DNA from: Bacteriovoracaceae bacterium
Lineage (GTDB): Bacteria > Bdellovibrionota > Bacteriovoracia > Bacteriovoracales > Bacteriovoracaceae
Length of the DNA: 64,000 bases
Reading direction: 5' to 3'
NCBI GenBank assembly: GCA_048270185.1
Contig: JBLWTJ010000001.1
Location: 640,001-704,000 of the forward strand
In this document: positions 1-9,579 of the stretch, piece after piece
How the letters are laid out: each line of letters begins with the position of its first letter
How positions within the stretch are numbered: the stretch's first letter is position 1
Made by a program: the position numbers and the translations under genes
The notes under the pieces: generated by a model
The model's database searches: none
What the model was told of the DNA's origin: nothing
The model's input: only the letters and a program-made list of their open reading frames with translations

Positions 1-1
1 A

Positions 2-1339
2 ATTTGGACTTTGGGTGATAAGAGTTTTGGGCTTCTAATCTGTGAAGATATGTGGCACTCAAAACAATATGAAATCAATCCATTACAAATGCTAATGGAT
101 GAAGCAAGTGGCAAGAAACTTAATGGAATTATTAATTTCTCTGCTTCACCTTGGAATATTGATAAAGAAGAAAAGCGCATTAAAAGGGCCAGTGAAATCT
201 CGAAAGTTTTTAAAGTGCCATTCTATTACGTTAATAAAGTTGGCGCCGAAGATGAGATCATTTTTGATGGTGCAAGCTTTGTTGTCAATGATAGCACTGT
301 GGTTGCCAAGGCAAAGTCCTTTGTGGCCGATAAAATGAAAGTCGAGATTATTGATGCAGTCGAAGTCAATGAGCTAGGTATAGCTCCAGAAGGAGCCCAT
401 TCATGGGAGTCTCTCTTTGGCCCACATATCGAAGAACACACTGGCGTTGCTGGACAGCCTCTAAGACTTAAGCCCTTAACTCAGCACAAGCTTGACTCAA
501 TTCTTGGGGCCATCAATCTTGGACTCCAAGACTATGCTAAGAAGTGTGGTATGAACAAATTTCTCATCGCACTGTCAGGTGGTATCGACTCAGCACTTGT
601 ACTGACTTTAGTGAAACTTTTTCTAAAGCCTGGCCAAGAAGTCGAGGCCATTTATATGCCAAGTAAGTTCTCAGCAGGCCTGAGCTGGGAAATCAGTGAA
701 AAACTCTGTAAGAATCTTGGTGTTAAGCTTCATAGTGTCCCGATAAAATTTCTCCATTCATCAATGCAGAATCTCTTTCAGGATAGTCTAAGTCCACTCG
801 AAGGATTAGCTGACGAAAATATTCAGTCTCGTTTGCGAGGGGCCATCCTCTATGCTCGCTCAAATCAGACCGGTGCTATGGTTATTAATACATCAAATAA
901 GTCAGAGATAGCAGTTGGCTACTCAACTCTCTACGGTGATTCTGTCGGCGCCTTAAGCATTCTTGGGGATCTTTATAAGAGTGAAGTATTTGAACTTGCA
1001 AAGCATATTAATAAGAACTTCAATGGTATTATACCTGTTGAAGTTATTGAGCGCCCACCAAGTGCAGAACTAAGAGAAGAGCAAAAAGATGAGGATTCAC
1101 TACCTCCGTATCATATCCTTGATGCCATTCTCGAATCATATCTTTCGTACCGATATGATATTGAAGACCTTCTTAAACTAGGTTTTAACAAAACTGAAGT
1201 TGAAAGGAGCGTGAAATTAATATTAAATAGTGAGTACAAGCGTCAGCAATTTTGTCCTATCCTAAAACTAAAGGATAAAAGCTTTGGTTTTGGACGTCGT
1301 GTACCGATATGTAAAAAGGTAGACTTTGACTTAAAATAA
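2..1339 (+). CDS. nadE: Glutamine-dependent NAD+ synthetase, 5'-truncated by the window edge
   Basis: Nitrilase-domain ICED and SASP motifs, then synthetase motifs LSGGIDS, ENIQSRLRG, NKSE-GYSTLYGD, PPSAEL and EYKRQQ. The frame is open to the window start. Confidence 0.95.
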   Translation: MWTLGDKSFGLLICEDMWHSKQYEINPLQMLMDEASGKKLNGIINFSASPWNIDKEEKRIKRASEISKVFKVPFYYVNKVGAEDEIIFDGASFVVNDSTVVAKAKSFVADKMKVEIIDAVEVNELGIAPEGAHSWESLFGPHIEEHTGVAGQPLRLKPLTQHKLDSILGAINLGLQDYAKKCGMNKFLIALSGGIDSALVLTLVKLFLKPGQEVEAIYMPSKFSAGLSWEISEKLCKNLGVKLHSVPIKFLHSSMQNLFQDSLSPLEGLADENIQSRLRGAILYARSNQTGAMVINTSNKSEIAVGYSTLYGDSVGALSILGDLYKSEVFELAKHINKNFNGIIPVEVIERPPSAELREEQKDEDSLPPYHILDAILESYLSYRYDIEDLLKLGFNKTEVERSVKLILNSEYKRQQFCPILKLKDKSFGFGRRVPICKKVDFDLK

Positions 1340-1362
1340 AACGGGATAAAAGGGAGTAATTA

Positions 1363-1935
1363 ATGAATAAGACATTTGAAAAAGTTTTAAGCTCTTTTGA
1401 TGATGTAAAAGCAATGGTTGATAATGTTATTGCTAACAAATCAGTAAAAGAAGTTGAAAAGAACGTTAGAGACTTCATTGGCCAAGTTGAGAAAGAGGCC
1501 AAGAATGTTATGGACAAAGATGTACGCAAAGTTGTGACAACATTAAAAAAAGAAAAGAAGAAAGTTGAGAAATTTGTCGATTCAACAATTCAAAAAGAAG
1601 TAAAAGCCGCAAAGAAATATCTTGATGGTCACATTAAAGAAGTTCAAAAGCTTCAAAAGACGCTTGATAAATTTTTAAAAGACGAAATTAAAAAGGCAAA
1701 GAAGCAGGCAACAAATAAAGTTAAGGAAGCCGAAAAGACAATTAAAAAAACGGCAAAAAAAGTTTCCAAGAAAGCAGCAAAGAAGGCCCCTGCTAAAAAT
1801 AAAGTAACAAAGAAAAAAGTAACAAAGAAGAAGGTAATTAAAGCTTCTCCTAAAAAGGCCACTCCAAAGAAGTCGCCTAAATCAATTAAGTCGACAAACA
1901 AAGTCGCAAAGAAAGCCGCCACAAAAAAGAAGTAA
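1363..1935 (+). CDS. Helical protein with a histone H1-like Lys/Ala/Pro-rich C-terminal tail
   Basis: RBS AGGGAG upstream. The tail has KKAAKKAPAK and KKVTKKK repeats. Confidence 0.75.
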   Translation: MNKTFEKVLSSFDDVKAMVDNVIANKSVKEVEKNVRDFIGQVEKEAKNVMDKDVRKVVTTLKKEKKKVEKFVDSTIQKEVKAAKKYLDGHIKEVQKLQKTLDKFLKDEIKKAKKQATNKVKEAEKTIKKTAKKVSKKAAKKAPAKNKVTKKKVTKKKVIKASPKKATPKKSPKSIKSTNKVAKKAATKKK

Positions 1936-1953
1936 TCACTTAAATTTGATATC

Positions 1954-1975
1954 AGGGGAACAATCATGTTCCCCT
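1954..1975 (+). terminator. Stem-loop after the H1-like gene
   Basis: AGGGGAACA-atca-TGTTCCCCT, a 9-bp perfect stem with a weak U-tract. Confidence 0.5.
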
Positions 1976-1995
1976 CATTCATAAAGGATGCTGAA

Positions 1996-2265
1996 ATGGA
2001 AAGAGGTTTAAATCAACATATTCAAAAGCTTTTACCAAAGTTTAAGGCATCCAAAAAAGCCGAAATTAATCATTTGCTCATTAATGTTGCGACCATGAAA
2101 GAGAAAGAATTAAGAGAACTTCTCCATAAGATGGCCGGCAGCTTCGCCTGCTATAATTTTATTGAGATTGGAAACACATTAAGAACATTTGAGAATGACC
2201 AAAACCTCGACTCCAAGCGAGCTTTAGTCAAAAAGGCATTAGAAGATATTCTGTTAGAACTCTGA
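1996..2265 (+). CDS. Stand-alone Hpt (histidine phosphotransfer) domain protein
   Basis: LHKMAGS resembles the Hpt H-x-x-x-G-S motif. The start is moved to ATG 1996 because AAGGA lies at 1984-1988 and the track start lies inside the hairpin. Confidence 0.7.
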   Translation: MERGLNQHIQKLLPKFKASKKAEINHLLINVATMKEKELRELLHKMAGSFACYNFIEIGNTLRTFENDQNLDSKRALVKKALEDILLEL

Positions 2266-2368
2266 GAAAATTAACTCTAAGTGCGTCATGCCCAATTTTT
2301 ATTAACATTCCCAATTAATTAAGTAATAATACACCTCACATTTATATTATTGTTTAAGTGAGGATTTA

Positions 2369-4531
2369 TTGAAAAAGCTTGAAAGAAACCTCGGCCTTTC
2401 GTCAGTTATCTCTATTAGTATTGCATCAATGTTGGGATCAGGAATCTTTGTTCTTCCAGGACTTGCCTTTGCCGTTACTGGTGAATTTGTTTGGATTTCA
2501 TATCTGGTAGCAGGACTATGTGTTCTTCCGGCAGCACTGTCAAAATCAGAGCTTGCTACGGCCATGCCTACTTCAGGTGGGACATATATTTATATCGAGA
2601 GAACGTTTGGCCCAATGGCCGGAACAATTTCAGGACTAGGCCTTTGGCTATCGCTACTTCTTAAGGCGGCTTTTGCTCTCGTAGGATTTGGAGCATATCT
2701 TTCAACTCTGACAACTAATTTTGATATAAAGAATATAGCTTTACTGCTTACAGTCATCATTACATTGTTAAATGTCGTGGGTATCGGTAAGGTATCGGGA
2801 CTTTTAATTGTCGTCGTACTCTTATCAACATTTGGATTAACAGTTCTCAATATTGGAACTCTTAGTACAGCAACGGTTATTCCTGGGATACCATTTGATA
2901 TTGGTCACACTGAAACGATTCTAGCAGCTGCTGGTCTTGTCTTTATCTCTTATGCTGGTGTAACAAAAGTTGCTGCCATTGCTGAAGAGATTAAAACTCC
3001 AGAAAAGAATTTACCGCGTGGTATTCTACTCTCACTACTCATTGTAACAATACTTTATTGTGTCACAACTCTTGCACTCGCTAAGTACTTACCACTTGAT
3101 CAATTAAAGAATAACTTAAGGCCAATTTATACATTGGCACTAAGTTTTGGCGGAAAAGGCTTTGCTACGACCATGGCCATTTTAGCAATTCTAACGATGA
3201 CTTCCATGGCAAATGCAGGGCTTCTTGCGGCCTCACGTTTTCCATTTGCCATGAGCCGTGATCACTTAATCCCTGGCCTATTTGGGCACCTTCACCGTCG
3301 ATTTCGCACACCAGTGTGGAGTATTGTGGCCTCAGGGATCATCATAGGCCTTGCCGTCTATTTCTTAAATATTGCAAAAATCGCTAAATTGGCATCGGCC
3401 TTTATTCTAACGATCTATATGATTGAAAATATCGCCGTTATCGCTCTAAGAGAAACACATATCCAGTGGTACAAACCAACTTACAAGTCACCTCTTTATC
3501 CATTCATGCAAATTTTTGGAATTCTCTCAACATTATATTTATTGGTGATGATGAAAAACCTGGCAATTATTGGACTAGTTTCAATTTCTGTTCCAGGGGT
3601 ACTAATTTATCTCTTCTATGCAAAAAGTCGTGTAACCCGTAAGGGAGTTCTAGGGATACGAGGTAAGAGAAAGGACTTAGTTAATGAGTCGCAATTTCCG
3701 GCTCCAGCGATGTCTGAGAGACTTGATCTTAATCAAGATGCAAATGTCGTAGTGGCACTTGTTGGAAATGAGAGATCTCCAGAAATGTTAATTGATATGG
3801 GTGCAACACTTGCCAATGGTGAAAGAATCGAAGTTGCTCACTTAACAGAAGCTCCAGAACAAACAGATCTAAATGACTTTACTGTCGAAGACCCTATTCT
3901 TAGATCATTACGTCGACGTGTCATTGCGATGGCCATAGAGAAAACAACTCCTATTAATTTTGACCCTATCGTTACCCACGATCTTTCTAAGTCTATTTTT
4001 GAGATCGGACAACGCATGCATTCAAATTGGCTTTTCATGGAATGGAAAGGTAGACATAGAGGAACATTTACAACTCAATCTCCAATTGCATGGCTTCGTT
4101 CTCACTTAAATTGTAATCTAGCAATTTTTAGAGACAACGGTGTACGCTACATGAGAAAAATCCTAGTAGTGGTTGATCAAGACTCAAATGATGGAATTCT
4201 CGCAAGGGCCGCGGAACAAATTGCAGAAAATAACAAAGCTGACATTACATTTATCTACCTAACAAATAAAGATCTCGATATTGAGGAAACTTATAAAGTT
4301 GAACAGTACATAAGACTTCTAAGTGATGACTTAAGTGTTCGCACTGCAGGTCATATAGTGAAGTATCAAGACAAAGTTGAAACCCTCGAGATGCTAACTG
4401 TTGAGTATGATTTATTGATCTTTAATTCAAACTCTCAGTATCGTTGGTACCATGTCTTTGGAACGGCCGACGACCAAATTATGGCCAAGGCATCCTGTTC
4501 TGTTCTAGGGATTCACGCAGCAATGAATTAG
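2369..4531 (+). CDS. APC-family amino acid permease with C-terminal universal-stress-protein-like domains
   Basis: LGSGIF TM1, SELATAMP-SGG and AEEIK-P-KNLP motifs, about 12 hydrophobic segments, and a soluble tail ending FG...ASCSVL. RBS GAGGA precedes a TTG start. Confidence 0.9.
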   Translation: MKKLERNLGLSSVISISIASMLGSGIFVLPGLAFAVTGEFVWISYLVAGLCVLPAALSKSELATAMPTSGGTYIYIERTFGPMAGTISGLGLWLSLLLKAAFALVGFGAYLSTLTTNFDIKNIALLLTVIITLLNVVGIGKVSGLLIVVVLLSTFGLTVLNIGTLSTATVIPGIPFDIGHTETILAAAGLVFISYAGVTKVAAIAEEIKTPEKNLPRGILLSLLIVTILYCVTTLALAKYLPLDQLKNNLRPIYTLALSFGGKGFATTMAILAILTMTSMANAGLLAASRFPFAMSRDHLIPGLFGHLHRRFRTPVWSIVASGIIIGLAVYFLNIAKIAKLASAFILTIYMIENIAVIALRETHIQWYKPTYKSPLYPFMQIFGILSTLYLLVMMKNLAIIGLVSISVPGVLIYLFYAKSRVTRKGVLGIRGKRKDLVNESQFPAPAMSERLDLNQDANVVVALVGNERSPEMLIDMGATLANGERIEVAHLTEAPEQTDLNDFTVEDPILRSLRRRVIAMAIEKTTPINFDPIVTHDLSKSIFEIGQRMHSNWLFMEWKGRHRGTFTTQSPIAWLRSHLNCNLAIFRDNGVRYMRKILVVVDQDSNDGILARAAEQIAENNKADITFIYLTNKDLDIEETYKVEQYIRLLSDDLSVRTAGHIVKYQDKVETLEMLTVEYDLLIFNSNSQYRWYHVFGTADDQIMAKASCSVLGIHAAMN

Positions 4532-4538
4532 AGTTTAC

Positions 4539-5993
4539 TTAGCTTAAGCTTAGCTTAGGAAGTGAAATAGTAAAGGTGGTATATTCTGAAGTAAAATCAT
4601 ACTGAAGATTACCACCGTGATCCATGATGATTTCCTGACTTATATTTAGCCCAAGGCCAGTTCCCTTGTCCTTAGACTTAGTCGTATAGAATCGATTAAA
4701 GATATTTTTTGCAACCTCTTTATCAATTCCATGTCCACTATCAAGAACATCGAGAAGAACATAGTCTTCTTCATCATAGAGATTGAGTTCTATCCAACGC
4801 TCAGTTTGCTCACTAATTGCATCGTAAGCATTATTTAGTAAATTGATTAGAACCTGAATAATTTCAGATGAATTTATATTAACGATATCGCTATCGGAAT
4901 CATTTGAGAAAACTATTCTCAATCGCTCATCAACAAAGCGAGTTTTAAATAGAGCAATAGCATCATGGACAACAGAAGATAGAGGTGTAGCCTCTCTTTG
5001 AGATCGATCATCTTGTGAGTAAATATTAAGTGAACTTACAATATTAGCAATACGATTTTTCTGATCAGCAATTGATCGAATCTTATCCATTAGAATCTTA
5101 GATGATATTTGTTCTCCACGTCGCTCAATGGCCTGTACCTGTAGCTCAATAATTGCCAACGGATTATTAACTTCATGAGCAATATTTGCGGCCATTTGTC
5201 CAAGGGCCGTCCACTTAGACATTTTATCAATAGCATCTTTCTGACTTTCAATTTCTTTCTTACGCTGATATTCTTCAGTCTTATCTCTAGAACGATCAAG
5301 ATAGAAGCATCCAATTTGACCAAATTGGTGATACTCCATCGAAGACTCTAAAACAATCTCATTATCTTCGGCCGTTTCAAAATGCATGATATCAGAAGCA
5401 AAAACTCCAGGTTGATCTTTGGCACGCTTAGCACGATCCATAAAGATTTCAAGATCTTTACCTGAAAGTAAATCAGTCACGTTTGAACCAAGGACCTTAA
5501 CTCCCTTCCATTCCGCATGAACTCGCGAGACATAGACGACATTAAAATCTTCGTCAAAAACAGTGAAGATATCAGAACTTTGCTCGACTAACTCTCTGAC
5601 AAAGTGATTTGTCGAATTAGGAGTAATCTGAATTTCTCGAGGAGAGATACGTGATAGGATATAACGTTTCCCATCTTCATCATCAAATGGATTAAACTCG
5701 ACATCCCATTGGATCTCACTACGATTAAGGCCATTGACAAAATTGATGAGAGACTTATTGGACTCTCCAGCAACAGCTTTTGCCATGGCCTTCTTAACCT
5801 TCTCGGCTTCTTCCCCTATTAGATGACCTTTGTAATACTCATAAACAGTCATACCAATATAGTCTTGTGGAAAACCAATTAATGGTGAAGAAATATAGAC
5901 GAACCTCGATTGATCATCAAATATAGCAACTCGGATATTTTGGTCTTCAAAACTCCCAAGTTTCAATAAATCAATGAGTCTATCTACGTTCAT
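4539..5993 (-). CDS. PAS-domain sensor histidine kinase (cytoplasmic)
   Basis: H-box AHEVNNPL, N-box NLLNNAYDA, DSGHGI, FYTTK and GTGLGL, with N-terminal PAS-like segments. Confidence 0.93.
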   Translation of the reverse strand: MNVDRLIDLLKLGSFEDQNIRVAIFDDQSRFVYISSPLIGFPQDYIGMTVYEYYKGHLIGEEAEKVKKAMAKAVAGESNKSLINFVNGLNRSEIQWDVEFNPFDDEDGKRYILSRISPREIQITPNSTNHFVRELVEQSSDIFTVFDEDFNVVYVSRVHAEWKGVKVLGSNVTDLLSGKDLEIFMDRAKRAKDQPGVFASDIMHFETAEDNEIVLESSMEYHQFGQIGCFYLDRSRDKTEEYQRKKEIESQKDAIDKMSKWTALGQMAANIAHEVNNPLAIIELQVQAIERRGEQISSKILMDKIRSIADQKNRIANIVSSLNIYSQDDRSQREATPLSSVVHDAIALFKTRFVDERLRIVFSNDSDSDIVNINSSEIIQVLINLLNNAYDAISEQTERWIELNLYDEEDYVLLDVLDSGHGIDKEVAKNIFNRFYTTKSKDKGTGLGLNISQEIIMDHGGNLQYDFTSEYTTFTISLPKLSLS

Positions 5994-6005
5994 CTAGGTC
6001 CTTAT

Positions 6006-7271
6006 TTATACAAATTTTACTACACAGTAATTCTTCTTACCCTTTTTAAGGATAAGACAAGATTCACTGGCAAGATCGGCCTGACCAATAATATGATCAA
6101 CATCGGCATTCTTTACGTTATTAATGGCAACACCATTTTGTGAAACCATCTTACGTGCTTCACCTTTTGATTTGAAAAGAGGTGTAAGAGCTAACATATC
6201 AAGATAGCTAATTTCACCAAGCTGTGTTTTTTCAACTTCAATTGAAGGGACATCATCAAAAATACTTTCAAGCTCAGCATCTGTTGTATTCTCAATAACC
6301 TTACCAAAGAAGAAATCCGTTGCCCTTTGGGCCGCTTCAATTCCCTCTTGACCGTGGACAAGAGTTACAATTTCTTGAGCTAATTTCTTTTGAGCAGCTC
6401 TTAAGTGTGGTTCTGTTTCAACTAACTTTTCGTACTCAGCAATTTCATCTAGAGTTAAGAAAGTTAAAGCTTTTAAATATTTAATAACTGATGTGTCATC
6501 AGAGTTTAGTAAGAATTGATACATTTTATAAGGAGATGTCATTGTTGGATCAAGGTAGATTGCGCCACCTTCAGACTTTCCAAATTTCTTTCCATTTGAA
6601 TCTGTTAGAAGTGGAATCGTCATACAGAATGCAGGCTTTGAGTGCATCTTACGAGTAAGATCCATTCCTGCCGTCATATTCCCCCATTGATCGGCACCAC
6701 CGATTTGTAAGCTAACATCAAATTCTTTATTAAGGTGAGCAAAGTCATAGCCTTGAATCATTTGATAAGTAAATTCAGTGAAGCTAATTCCTGCATCAGA
6801 GTTTAAGCGAGACTTTACAGAGTCTTTAGCAAGCATTTCACCGATTCTAAATCTCTTCCCTACATCTCTTAAGAATTCAATAAGAGAGAATTTTCCAATC
6901 CAATCGATATTATTAACCATGACCGCACCATTTTCTCCAGTGAAGTCTAATAGCTTTTCTAGTTGAGCTTTTTGACCGGCCAGATTCCTATCAAGATCAT
7001 CTTGAGTTTGAAGATTTCTCTCATCACTCTTTCCCGATGGGTCACCAATCATTCCTGTCGCACCACCTACAAGTACATAAGGCTTATGCCCTTGTCTTTG
7101 AAGACGCATCATTGTGATAACAGCAAATAAATTCCCTAATTGAAGTGATTTTGCTGTCGGATCATAACCACAGTAAAAAGAAAGTTTCTTATCATTTAAG
7201 ATTTCTTTTAATTCCTCGTGCGAGTATTGGTTTACAATTCCTCTTGCTTCTAATTCTTCGAAAAAATTCAT
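6006..7271 (-). CDS. tyrS: Tyrosine--tRNA ligase
   Basis: YCGYDPTAKSLQLGN (HIGH variant), GDPSGK, QIGGADQWGN, KFGKS and a C-terminal S4 domain (KKGKK). Confidence 0.98.
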   Translation of the reverse strand: MNFFEELEARGIVNQYSHEELKEILNDKKLSFYCGYDPTAKSLQLGNLFAVITMMRLQRQGHKPYVLVGGATGMIGDPSGKSDERNLQTQDDLDRNLAGQKAQLEKLLDFTGENGAVMVNNIDWIGKFSLIEFLRDVGKRFRIGEMLAKDSVKSRLNSDAGISFTEFTYQMIQGYDFAHLNKEFDVSLQIGGADQWGNMTAGMDLTRKMHSKPAFCMTIPLLTDSNGKKFGKSEGGAIYLDPTMTSPYKMYQFLLNSDDTSVIKYLKALTFLTLDEIAEYEKLVETEPHLRAAQKKLAQEIVTLVHGQEGIEAAQRATDFFFGKVIENTTDAELESIFDDVPSIEVEKTQLGEISYLDMLALTPLFKSKGEARKMVSQNGVAINNVKNADVDHIIGQADLASESCLILKKGKKNYCVVKFV

Positions 7272-8695
7272 TATGCTAATCTCTCTTTAATTATTTCAAT
7301 CGGTGTCAGAGCAACAACCGTCTTTAAGTCTGGCCCATGAGCTCTTCCAGTTAGACAAACACGAGTTCCCATAAAAAGAGGCTTGCCTTTAATTTTTAAT
7401 TCTTTCTTTAAATAATCCATCCACTCACCAACTTGATCCTCACTTACATTCGTCGTTTGATTAGTTAGTTGTGACTTTAAGTATTCTTTAACTTGTGGAG
7501 TAGACTCCCAAGTTAGCGCCTCGTTATATTGATCGTCAGCATCCACACCAGCATCAAAGAAGATCGGTAGGTGCTCATTGATATCGCTAAAGAGCTGAAC
7601 TTTTTCTTTCATTAGTCCTGCAAACTTCGTCTTCCAAGCATCGTCTTGATTGTGGAATTCACTCTCGGCCGGGATGAACTTTTCAAAACCAGCAGCAATC
7701 TCTTGATCATCTAATTTTCTAAGCCACTGCTCATTAAAGAAGTTTAATTTTTGAATATCATACATGGCCGATGATTTTGAAAATCTCTCATAACCAAAAG
7801 TGCTTCCTAATTCATTTACATCAAAAATATCTGTCTCATCAGGATGTGACCAACCAAGAAGACAAAGATAATTTGCTAGTGCACCAGGAAGATAACCTAG
7901 ATCTTTATATTGAGTCACTGAAGTTGCTCCGTGACGCTTAGAAAGTTTTTGACGATCAGAACCAATGAGAAGTGAAACGTGTCCAAAGAATGGAGGCTTA
8001 ACACCCATGGCATCGTAGATCATTAACTGACGGCAAGTATTATTTAAGTGCTCTTCTGCGCGAAAGACGTGAGTCATCTCCATCTTTGCATCATCAACCA
8101 CACAACAAAAGTTATAAACCGGCATTCCGTTGGCCCTTAAAATAACAAAGTCACCAACCATATTTTCTGGAAATTTAACGTGTCCTTTTACTAGGTCAGT
8201 AAATTCCCATGTCTTACCAGGGTTTTTAAAACGAATGACATAATCCTCACCTGCATCAACGCGAGCTTTCGCTTCAGCTGCATCAAGGTCGCGGAATTTT
8301 CCATGGTATGCATGTGGGTCTTTATTTTCAGAAACTGCTTTTTCAGTTAAAGTCTCAAGCTCTTCACTAGTTAGGAAACATGGATAAGCAAGGCCACGAT
8401 TTACGAAGTCCCATGCTATATCTTTGTAAATATCAAGTCTTTCAGACTGACGGTATGGACCAAAGTCTCCGGCCTTATCAGGGCCTTCATCGTGTTCAAT
8501 TCCCATCCACTTAAGATCAGCAATTTGTGCTTGCTCATATTCACGCTTTGATCTTTCTAGATCTGTATCTTCAATTCTTAAAATATATTTACCACCATTG
8601 GCCTTAGCAAAGAGGTAGCTAAAAAGTGCAGTACGAGCGCCACCGATGTGAAGGTAGCCAGTTGGAGAAGGTGCAAAACGTACACGAACAGTCAT
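7271..8695 (-). CDS. gltX: Glutamate--tRNA ligase
   Basis: RFAPSPTGYLHIGGARTA, LRIEDTD and KLSKR. The stop overlaps the tyrS start (TAATG). Confidence 0.98.
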   Translation of the reverse strand: MTVRVRFAPSPTGYLHIGGARTALFSYLFAKANGGKYILRIEDTDLERSKREYEQAQIADLKWMGIEHDEGPDKAGDFGPYRQSERLDIYKDIAWDFVNRGLAYPCFLTSEELETLTEKAVSENKDPHAYHGKFRDLDAAEAKARVDAGEDYVIRFKNPGKTWEFTDLVKGHVKFPENMVGDFVILRANGMPVYNFCCVVDDAKMEMTHVFRAEEHLNNTCRQLMIYDAMGVKPPFFGHVSLLIGSDRQKLSKRHGATSVTQYKDLGYLPGALANYLCLLGWSHPDETDIFDVNELGSTFGYERFSKSSAMYDIQKLNFFNEQWLRKLDDQEIAAGFEKFIPAESEFHNQDDAWKTKFAGLMKEKVQLFSDINEHLPIFFDAGVDADDQYNEALTWESTPQVKEYLKSQLTNQTTNVSEDQVGEWMDYLKKELKIKGKPLFMGTRVCLTGRAHGPDLKTVVALTPIEIIKERLA

Positions 8696-8896
8696 AATAA
8701 TCCTTTCAATTAATTTCTATAGTCTAAAACAGGGATCATTATAGCTCTTAAAACAGCAAATGACACTTGAAAAAGCCTGATTTCCTAGACTTGACGAGAG
8801 TGATTAACGAAGAAATGGCCTTGTGAGAATGGATTTAAACGCCGCAGAAAGTCATTTTATAGGATTAAGTTAAATAGAGGCTCTTATGATAAAAAA

Positions 8897-9253
8897 CTAG
8901 AACTTTTGTAATATTTTGTCGACGTGCTCAACATTTCTAAGTCGCTTCGACATAGAGCGAGAGACAATACAATTTTCTCCGTAACACTTATTTGTAATAT
9001 TTGAAAAACAGTGACTTAGTAGTGCAAAATACTTGGGAGTCCCAACAACAATCTTTCCCGTATTGCCTTCATCCTTTGTAACAATTTTATCACTATGTAG
9101 TTTTAAACATTCATCAACACCAAAAGTCGTATACTCAAGCAAGTATTGCTTACGGGCCTTTAAATATTCTTTTTGTTGTATAGGAGTATGCTTACGAGCA
9201 GAAGCCGTAAAGACTATTTGACAAGAGATAAGCATTATCATTATTTTAATCAT
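8897..9253 (-). CDS. Hypothetical secreted protein
   Basis: 118-aa ORF with a signal-peptide-like N-terminus (ASA) and several Cys. Confidence 0.6.
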   Translation of the reverse strand: MIKIMIMLISCQIVFTASARKHTPIQQKEYLKARKQYLLEYTTFGVDECLKLHSDKIVTKDEGNTGKIVVGTPKYFALLSHCFSNITNKCYGENCIVSRSMSKRLRNVEHVDKILQKF

Positions 9254-9300
9254 AGATTAATTCTAACAACAAAAAAACCTTTAGCAACAAAAGAATACTT

Positions 9301-9579
9301 ATGCGTCGTGAAATTGAACTTAACTCTAATGGCCTTGAAAATCTTGAGGATTACTTGATTGAGTTAGGTCGTATTTTCGACTTTCCTAGCTTCTATTCAA
9401 ATAACTTAGACGAACTCTACGAGTTCATTCAGACTTATACAGATAAGAATATGAGCCTCTACTGGACAAATGCTAAAGAAGCACAGAAAAAATTAGGTCA
9501 CGATTTTGAGAGACTTAAAGAGGTTTTTGATCAAATCGACTCACAACACGAATCTTTTAAATTCTATCTTAACGAGTAA
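9301..9579 (+). CDS. Barstar family protein
   Basis: FDFPSFYSNNLDELYE resembles the barstar signature (P-YYG-NLDALWD). It is 92 aa and acidic. Confidence 0.85.
   Translation: MRREIELNSNGLENLEDYLIELGRIFDFPSFYSNNLDELYEFIQTYTDKNMSLYWTNAKEAQKKLGHDFERLKEVFDQIDSQHESFKFYLNE

Noticed and set aside
1653..1982. 109-aa Phe-rich 'membrane protein' on the minus strand
   Set aside because: It is the antisense shadow of the Lys-rich codons of the H1-like gene.
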